This document shows, piece by piece, positions 57,840 through 64,000 of a DNA stretch of 64,000 bases. The stretch lies in IMG/VR virus record IMGVR_UViG_3300027819_000006. One strand, 5' to 3'. How positions within the stretch are numbered: the stretch's first letter is position 1; the number at the start of each line of letters is the position of its first letter. Position numbers and translations under genes: made by a program. The DNA is from a virus (lineage: Duplodnaviria; Caudoviricetes). The notes below the pieces were generated by a model, which was not told the DNA's origin, searched no databases, and saw only the letters and a list, made by a program, of their open reading frames with translations.

Positions 57840-58249
57840 CTTATTCTCGCCATTACATTTTGCAAATGTTTCAAATCTTGATTTATTAAATCTATATTTA
57901 CAAAATTAAATTTAGTTCTATGTTTTATTTTCAGCAATTCATGCTCAGCATTCATCAAATCATTATGAGCTGTTTCTAATATTTTCTCATCTGCAAAATT
58001 ATCTTCTTCATTTAATATATTCTTCAATGTCATATCTTTGTTCTCCAAATAATTCCAACCTCTTGGCTCTGATTTACTTCTTCCTACAGCATTCTGTGCA
58101 GCTTTTTGTTTGCTTCTTCGAACTACATTTGGGTCTTTTCTGACATCATATATTCCAAGAGGCAGAGCAAAACCAGCAACATTGCCAGTTACAGAAGTTT
58201 CTTTTTTGAGTTTTTTCTTCTTGCGTTTCTTTTTATCAGGTGTTTTCAT
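57836..58249 (-). CDS. basic head-module hypothetical protein
   Basis: KETSVTGNVAGFALP; internal MTLKNILNE. Confidence 0.65.
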   Translation of the reverse strand: MKTPDKKKRKKKKLKKETSVTGNVAGFALPLGIYDVRKDPNVVRRSKQKAAQNAVGRSKSEPRGWNYLENKDMTLKNILNEEDNFADEKILETAHNDLMNAEHELLKIKHRTKFNFVNIDLINQDLKHLQNVMARIR

Positions 58250-58674
58250 TATTTTGGCAGCACATCTTTACCATAAGCATTCGATCCATCTTTTTTGGCA
58301 TTATATGTGTCTGCTCCACCAAGCAATGGATTTCGATTTGCATTCTGTCCAGGTGACAGAGTTGTAATCCCCTCTAAAATTAAGCCTGATGATCTAAATC
58401 TATTATACAGAGCTATATGCTCTCCTTGATCATTTTTGTCTCCAAGATATAGATCTTTGTCATAAGCTACTTCTGGAGTCCATACATCTATAAGTTGTGT
58501 TAGAGCCATTTTGTCGTCTAATTTTTCTGTTTTGCTTGGTGTCTTGTCTGTTACTTTGTGAAATGGTTTATTTACAGTTATATCATTGAGCACATTTATT
58601 CCGTCTGCTACACCATTGGCATCAGAATTTCTGTCTGCAAATACTTTTCCTTGCTGATCTATGATTGCTGGCAT
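58249..58674 (-). CDS. hypothetical protein
   Basis: GGAG RBS, 141 aa. Confidence 0.7.
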   Translation of the reverse strand: MPAIIDQQGKVFADRNSDANGVADGINVLNDITVNKPFHKVTDKTPSKTEKLDDKMALTQLIDVWTPEVAYDKDLYLGDKNDQGEHIALYNRFRSSGLILEGITTLSPGQNANRNPLLGGADTYNAKKDGSNAYGKDVLPK

Positions 58675-58684
58675 TTTTATACTC

Positions 58685-58987
58685 CTATTTTAATTCGCCA
58701 ATAATTTCGTCTATCAAATCTATAACTTCATTCATTTTTTCTTCTATAGAGCCTGCTAATTTGGTAATTTTTCTTTTATCAATGTGTTCTACATTGTTCA
58801 ATACATTGTCTAGAGCTTGTTCTAAATCTGCAGGACCAAAAGAATCTTCAAATTGCTGTTTGAGTTTTTGTATTTTATCTTTTGCTTCAGAAATATGTTT
58901 AGTATTAGCTCTTCTATCATCCATAGACAGAGCTGGTTTCATAGCTTCTTGTATCATCTGTTTAAGTTGTGTTCTAGTTATTTTCAT
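58685..58987 (-). CDS. protein with MKITRTQLKQMIQEA leader
   Basis: shared motif. Confidence 0.7.
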   Translation of the reverse strand: MKITRTQLKQMIQEAMKPALSMDDRRANTKHISEAKDKIQKLKQQFEDSFGPADLEQALDNVLNNVEHIDKRKITKLAGSIEEKMNEVIDLIDEIIGELK

Positions 58988-58998
58988 TCTATTGTTCT

Positions 58999-59868
58999 CT
59001 AAAATAATTTTAAGTTTTCTTTAAGCTCAATAGCTTTCATAACAACATAGATGTTATCTTCAGTCAATTCTTCTTTCAAGACATTTTTCAGCTTCTGTTC
59101 AGTCATTTCTAGTTTGTCATAGACTGTATCATCTTCTACAAATTCTTTCTTTGATTCGATCTCAACAAGAATCTTTTCTACTTTCTTTTCTAGCCATCTC
59201 TTATATAACTTGTCTGAAGCTGTAGTCAAGTATTTTTCCAAACACTCATTCTGCTCTTTCAGTAAAGTATTTGAATACTGTTTGCTAAATTCATCATAAG
59301 CAAGTACTAAAGCTAAATTATTAGTAGATAACTTTTCTTCATTGTGTTCCATACTATTTAAGTATTCTGCATCTTTCAGAACTTTGACATTTTCTCTGTT
59401 TTCTAGTAAATGCTTGACAATAGTTCTTTCACAATTTAGCTTGTCAATCTGTGTCAATGATACTTTCTTCAGCTTTTCATCTACTAGAGTCTTAAAGCTT
59501 GCAAATAATAGATAATTGTCTACTTTCTCTTTGATAAGTTTCTTATGATCAGTTACTCTGTCAATTCTATTGATCATTCTATCTATTTCTGTATTCACTT
59601 TTGAATAATCTATTTTAGCAGCTTCATCTATCAAGCTGTTGGCATAATTCATTGCTTGATTCTCACCAGCAGCATTACCATATAATACTTGAGAATATAG
59701 TTTCCAAGTTTTAGAAATCTCAGTATTATTTAAATAATGTTCTTTTATAACTCGAAGCAATCTTGAGCTGATATCATTATTGCTGCTGTTGTTCAAATTA
59801 TGAGTTATAGTACTATTCAAAGTTTCAAATAGGACTCCAACATTTCTTAGTTTGTTATGTTTTACCAT
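58999..59868 (-). CDS. conserved helical protein downstream of portal
   Basis: KHNKLRNVGVLFE N-terminus; position. Confidence 0.7.
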   Translation of the reverse strand: MVKHNKLRNVGVLFETLNSTITHNLNNSSNNDISSRLLRVIKEHYLNNTEISKTWKLYSQVLYGNAAGENQAMNYANSLIDEAAKIDYSKVNTEIDRMINRIDRVTDHKKLIKEKVDNYLLFASFKTLVDEKLKKVSLTQIDKLNCERTIVKHLLENRENVKVLKDAEYLNSMEHNEEKLSTNNLALVLAYDEFSKQYSNTLLKEQNECLEKYLTTASDKLYKRWLEKKVEKILVEIESKKEFVEDDTVYDKLEMTEQKLKNVLKEELTEDNIYVVMKAIELKENLKLF

Positions 59869-59888
59869 GTCTTTTTCTCTTTTGTTAG

Positions 59889-62800
59889 TTATAATTTAAT
59901 TTCTGTTGATGCTGCTAAAATTTGTTTCACTGCCATTGGACCATCAGTACCCTCATATTCATCTACAGACTTACTACCATCAGCATTCTCAGCATTTGCA
60001 AAGTCTTTCAAACCCTCAATAATATTTTTAGTGAATCTATCATGTTGCATTACATCAGTGATATAGCGGTCAAATACATCAGTCTTCTTTCTATTCTTAA
60101 TTATATCTCTTGCTTTTGCTCTTTTTCTAGATATTATTTCTGAGTTAGAAGTTTTTGCTTTTGACAATCCTACATTAGATTCTTTCTTTTTGCCTACAGA
60201 TCTAACACCTGGAGTTCCTTTTGTACCAGCAGGATCAGCAACTTTCATTGGATTCTTGTCTGTATCTGTGAATGTTTCTCCGTCCTTCTTTTTAGGCTTG
60301 CCTCTAGTAGATTCTTTGTCAGAATCTTCATCTTCAGTAGGTTTTTCTTTATTTTCATCTGAAAAATCTGGCATGTCTGAATCTGCAGATTCTCCATCTT
60401 TCCCTTCAGCACCAGAATCATCAGCAGGTTCTTCTGTCTGCTCTTCTTCTTCTAGTTTGCCATTCTGTTCAATCTGTCCAAGCTCCCATTTCTTCTTAGC
60501 GTCAAGTCTTAACTGCTCATTGATCTCTTCGATTTCATCATCTGTTAGACCAAGTACATGTTTCTGTGTATAAGGTTCGGAAACAAGATGAGAATCACCC
60601 ATTCTAGTAGATATATCAAATCTCTTCTCTACTAGTTCAAGATGCATAAGATCCATCACAGTAGAGGGGTTGGTCAGTTTAAGCTCGAAGTTATAAATAT
60701 CATCTTCATCAAAACCTTTTAAAAATAGATGGATTAGACCAATTTTAGATAGTTCAGATATAACAGCTTTTTGTACACGCTGAATTGTGCGAGCGAATCT
60801 AATGTCTTCTTGAGAATTTGCGATAAAAATTCCAGCATCTATAGCAAAATTATGGAATTCATTATCAACAGTTATACATCCAACATCTACAGTATAGGGC
60901 AATAACTTTACTATTTTAATTTTCCAACTAGATAATTCATATGTTTCAAAATTTATTGGATTAAAATCTATAAATCCTTTTACTGGTTCTGATAAATCAT
61001 AATCTTCTAATTTTATTTTTTTACCTTCAAAAGTAACTAACTCGTGATTTTTAGTACAATCTAAATATTTACCATTTTCGAAGTGAACTCTATATATAGT
61101 AGCATTTCTTTGAGTAATACCTGCCCATTTTATTAGGGATGAAATAATTCTATTTTTATTAGAATCATAAGATATAATTGTATCTTTTAATTCATTTTTA
61201 TTGAATAAGTCAATAATTTCTTTTAGGGTTTTAGTTTTACTATGAGCTAAAACAATTTTAGTATTTAAATCTATACATAGAGTCTGCTTGCCACCTAAAG
61301 ATTCCATATTTTGAAGATAAGCTTTAGGTACTCCGAGCGAAGTAAAGAGCTGGTTCTGGATAAACTCGACATCCGCAATCGCGTCTTGATTTGTCCCTCC
61401 TGGAAGTTGTTCTATAGAAGAACCTCTATCTCCACGAATTGGGATGTAGAAATTTTCTAGAATGGAATTCTTAATTATTATTCCGCTTTCATTTCCAGTA
61501 ATATGTTCATAACAATCTCTACTACCTATAGTTGCAAAATTTCCATATTTTTCTACTGTTATACAACCTACATCTTGTTTTTCTTCTAATAATTCAATTC
61601 TGGTTACTTTGTGATTTAATATTCTATTACCTCTTATAGTATCTATATTACAATCAGTTTTTATTTTAAGAAACTCCGGATATTTATGAGATAGAGTTTT
61701 TATTAATAATTTTATAGTTGTATTATTCAAATCAAATTTTCTTTCAATTTGTCGAAAAGTTATAATATCTTTTTTACTACAATAATTAACTATTTTATTT
61801 ATATCTATTTTATTTTTTAAGAGCCAAATAGATTTGTATTCTGTAAATCCAGAATATCCTAAAGTTTTAAATAGACTACTAAATCTTCCTCTACCCAATT
61901 TATCTTTAAAACCATTATTGAATGTAATATTTTTATCTATTAAATAATTTGTAAAATCTTTGTTTTCATTTATCTGTTTCATAGCTTCATGAGCTTTTAT
62001 ATTAACAGTAGAATTATCTAATATAGTATCAATAAATTTTATAAATATATTTTCATCTATAACTAATGACAGCAATTCACTTACATTTTTATAGTGTTTA
62101 TTTTTTTTATCTTTGTCATTCCAGTGATTAGTAAAATGATATAATTTTCCTTCTTTCCAACTTTTTGTCATTCTATTTTTAGAATTTTCTCTACCAATCT
62201 CTGATTTATTATATTCTAAAATTGCATCACCATGAAGTTTTTGATGATCGTGCCAACTCATTACTTGCAGATTGTCTGGATTATTGTTTCTTTTATTATT
62301 TTTGTCTTTTAGAAAATTTTTGTGATGAACAACTGCTCTTCTATTTTTTTCTACTTTGCAATAGTCATCTTGAAATAGTTTACCAGCAACAATTTTATGT
62401 GTATAATCAAATGCATTTGTATTTGGGTCATAAATCATTTCATATCCATTTGTAGATAAATTTTTATATAATGGCATCAAACTATCATTCTCTTTTAAGT
62501 GTTGAGCTTCAATATATTCTCCGATTCTTAATAAAAACTTATGATCTAAAGTTGTATCTATGTAAGTATTATTGTCTAAATGAATACGTATTATTTGCTC
62601 ATTTTTTCTTGTCATTTTAGCATTTATTACTCTTCCTGGAACTATAGCATTATTGTTTTCTCTATCTATCGAATAAACCCATTGATTTTTTTTGCCATTA
62701 TTTCTTTCATTTATTATTTCTTCTAAAGTAAGAGTTCTTCCATCTAATAATTGAACTAAGTTGTTTGCCAGTATACAAGTTGGATTGTATCTCATATCTA

Positions 62801-63617
62801 ACCCTCCAGTACTTTCTGTCACTAGCGGTGTCCTTAACATTTTGTCTCTTACATTGTTCATGTAAGAATCCACATCTTTTGGAGGAATATTTCCAACATC
62901 AACTTTAAACACTAATCTTTCTGGAGCTCTCGATATCCTATAAATTAACATTGCATCAATTGCAAGTATTAGCTGCTTCCAAGCTCTTCTACCAGAATCA
63001 AGAATTGATCTACCATAGGGCAAAAACCTGTCATCTCCAAGAAGTCTAAAATGAGCAATTTGATAAGGCTCGAATGCTTGGTTTGACTGAGTCATCCATC
63101 TAAATCTAACAGATGCAGGATCACCATCGTAGCCTTCTTCTCTCGACATTTCCAACAATGGTAAAGGAATGGCTCCTAAAACTCCATATTTATTTTCTAT
63201 ATCTAATAATGTAAAAACGTCTCCATATTTTACGAGGTTCCTGACCCACAACCATAAGTTAAAATCTATATCTAGTATGTCAAAGTATAATTCTTCTAAA
63301 GTCTTAACTATAGTTTCTTCTTCCGATCTAATATCTAGTATTTTACCTTCATAATTATATGTGGTCGAATCATCCGCATAAATATTACAAGCCGTACTAA
63401 TCTCTGGACTCTGATCCATCTGTTCATAGTCTCTTACTCTTTCAGTTCTTTCAGCTCCACCAGCCAATGCTTGCAAATACAGAGAACTAGCCGATTTTTG
63501 GAAACTGTCATACGGGCGTCTTCCACCCGCACGATTTGCAGGAGAGTCAGTTGGAATTTTTTCTGAAGCTCTCCTCCCGCGAAGTATGCGCTTGAGCAAG
63601 CTGATCTTATCGGCCAT
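59889..63617 (-). CDS. gp20: portal vertex protein (T4 gp20-like) with two inteins and acidic C-tail; predicted spliced length 651 aa
   Basis: YGRSIL...WKQL....DAMLIYRISRAPERLVFKVDVGNIP; FYIP.RG....I..LPGG; LF..LGVPK; EDIRFARTIQRVQ. Confidence 0.95.
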   Translation of the reverse strand: MADKISLLKRILRGRRASEKIPTDSPANRAGGRRPYDSFQKSASSLYLQALAGGAERTERVRDYEQMDQSPEISTACNIYADDSTTYNYEGKILDIRSEEETIVKTLEELYFDILDIDFNLWLWVRNLVKYGDVFTLLDIENKYGVLGAIPLPLLEMSREEGYDGDPASVRFRWMTQSNQAFEPYQIAHFRLLGDDRFLPYGRSILDSGRRAWKQLILAIDAMLIYRISRAPERLVFKVDVGNIPPKDVDSYMNNVRDKMLRTPLVTESTGGLDMRYNPTCILANNLVQLLDGRTLTLEEIINERNNGKKNQWVYSIDRENNNAIVPGRVINAKMTRKNEQIIRIHLDNNTYIDTTLDHKFLLRIGEYIEAQHLKENDSLMPLYKNLSTNGYEMIYDPNTNAFDYTHKIVAGKLFQDDYCKVEKNRRAVVHHKNFLKDKNNKRNNNPDNLQVMSWHDHQKLHGDAILEYNKSEIGRENSKNRMTKSWKEGKLYHFTNHWNDKDKKNKHYKNVSELLSLVIDENIFIKFIDTILDNSTVNIKAHEAMKQINENKDFTNYLIDKNITFNNGFKDKLGRGRFSSLFKTLGYSGFTEYKSIWLLKNKIDINKIVNYCSKKDIITFRQIERKFDLNNTTIKLLIKTLSHKYPEFLKIKTDCNIDTIRGNRILNHKVTRIELLEEKQDVGCITVEKYGNFATIGSRDCYEHITGNESGIIIKNSILENFYIPIRGDRGSSIEQLPGGTNQDAIADVEFIQNQLFTSLGVPKAYLQNMESLGGKQTLCIDLNTKIVLAHSKTKTLKEIIDLFNKNELKDTIISYDSNKNRIISSLIKWAGITQRNATIYRVHFENGKYLDCTKNHELVTFEGKKIKLEDYDLSEPVKGFIDFNPINFETYELSSWKIKIVKLLPYTVDVGCITVDNEFHNFAIDAGIFIANSQEDIRFARTIQRVQKAVISELSKIGLIHLFLKGFDEDDIYNFELKLTNPSTVMDLMHLELVEKRFDISTRMGDSHLVSEPYTQKHVLGLTDDEIEEINEQLRLDAKKKWELGQIEQNGKLEEEEQTEEPADDSGAEGKDGESADSDMPDFSDENKEKPTEDEDSDKESTRGKPKKKDGETFTDTDKNPMKVADPAGTKGTPGVRSVGKKKESNVGLSKAKTSNSEIISRKRAKARDIIKNRKKTDVFDRYITDVMQHDRFTKNIIEGLKDFANAENADGSKSVDEYEGTDGPMAVKQILAASTEIKL
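60816..61277 (-). mobile_element. mini-intein (154 aa) in portal
   Basis: TL|CIDLNT...CTKNHEL...DVGCITV...HNFAI..GIFIAN|SQ. Confidence 0.92.
61467..62777 (-). mobile_element. intein (437 aa) with HNH endonuclease in portal
   Basis: PT|CILANN...TTLDHKF; VVHHKN...NNNPDNL; DVGCITV...NF...IIKN|SI. Confidence 0.92.
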
Positions 63618-63682
63618 AATATTCTATTACCTCTGTTACAACTATTCTATTTCTATCTATCATCTATATTCTTTCTTTATAA

Positions 63683-63922
63683 TTATCTAAGTTTTAATAC
63701 TACTTCTATGACTAAATATATCAATACTGGTATCAGTCCGCCCATCAAACCCCAGATACCAGATTTAACTTTCAGTATTGCTACTTCTAATCTCAATTCA
63801 TTTATTCTTTTTTCAGCAGATTCTAACCAATCAGATAATCTCTCTAATTCAGATAACACCAACTTTTGATATTCACTCCATCCATTTATTGTAGTTTCTT
63901 TATTGCTATTGTTATGATTCAT
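63683..63922 (-). CDS. holin-like / XhlA-like coiled coil with C-terminal transmembrane helix
   Basis: coiled coil then GIWGLMGGLIPVLIYLVI. Confidence 0.55.
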   Translation of the reverse strand: MNHNNSNKETTINGWSEYQKLVLSELERLSDWLESAEKRINELRLEVAILKVKSGIWGLMGGLIPVLIYLVIEVVLKLR

Positions 63923-64000
63923 TCAGTTTTATCTCTATATTTCTATGTTAACTTTGAAAAATTCCCCGTGCAAAACTTTTCAATTCACCATTTCAATATG

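Noticed and set aside
1766-63354. All other plus-strand ORFs in the track
   Set aside because: Each lies antisense to a longer, motif-bearing minus-strand gene and has no recognisable motif
1-64000. Stop-codon reassignment, as in some large phages
   Set aside because: TAA, TAG and TGA all end genes at coupled junctions, and long core genes are open in the standard code; breaks are frameshifts, not in-frame stops
1-64000. CRISPR array, tRNA or rRNA genes
   Set aside because: No regularly spaced repeat-spacer pattern or cloverleaf seen by eye; small tRNAs could be missed without tRNAscan

Overview
A 64-kb, strongly AT-rich, gene-dense segment of a large T4-like tailed phage. Essentially all real genes lie on the minus strand and use the standard genetic code. 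In transcription order (right to left) there are four modules. (1) Head module: holin-like gene, portal (gp20-like) with two inteins, prohead protease (gp21), about 16 small proteins sharing an N-terminal M(K/T)I..(Q/E)L(K/R)xxIKEE-type leader, ribosomal protein bS21, acidic scaffold (gp22-like), major capsid protein (gp23), then a zinc-finger/nuclease/DNA-methyltransferase fusion. (2) Early/accessory region (about 29-44 kb): seven copies of a TTTAC(T/A)-N17-TATATT promoter, RNA ligase plus HD-kinase RNA repair genes, a sigma70-family factor and many small hypotheticals. (3) Neck/tail-terminator module (gp13-, gp14-, gp15-like), interleaved with five protein-kinase-like paralogues, a GNAT, an HExxH protein and many NUMOD3/PD-(D/E)xK homing-endonuclease-like genes (HEGs). 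(4) A fibre gene followed by a heptose/carbamoyl glycan-modification cluster with IscA, ClpP and five small proteins sharing a CxC-x4-L-x3-GCxC motif. Most notable observations: the five-kinase array carrying capsid-targeting-like motifs; a recurring promoter plus interleaved-inverted-repeat (pseudoknot-like) leader upstream of four HEGs; three HEG insertions that left diverged orphan duplicates of host-gene ends; and the Cys tag. Several 1-2 nt frameshifts in homopolymer or dinucleotide runs may be sequencing errors. All family calls come from manual motif recognition; no database searches were run.
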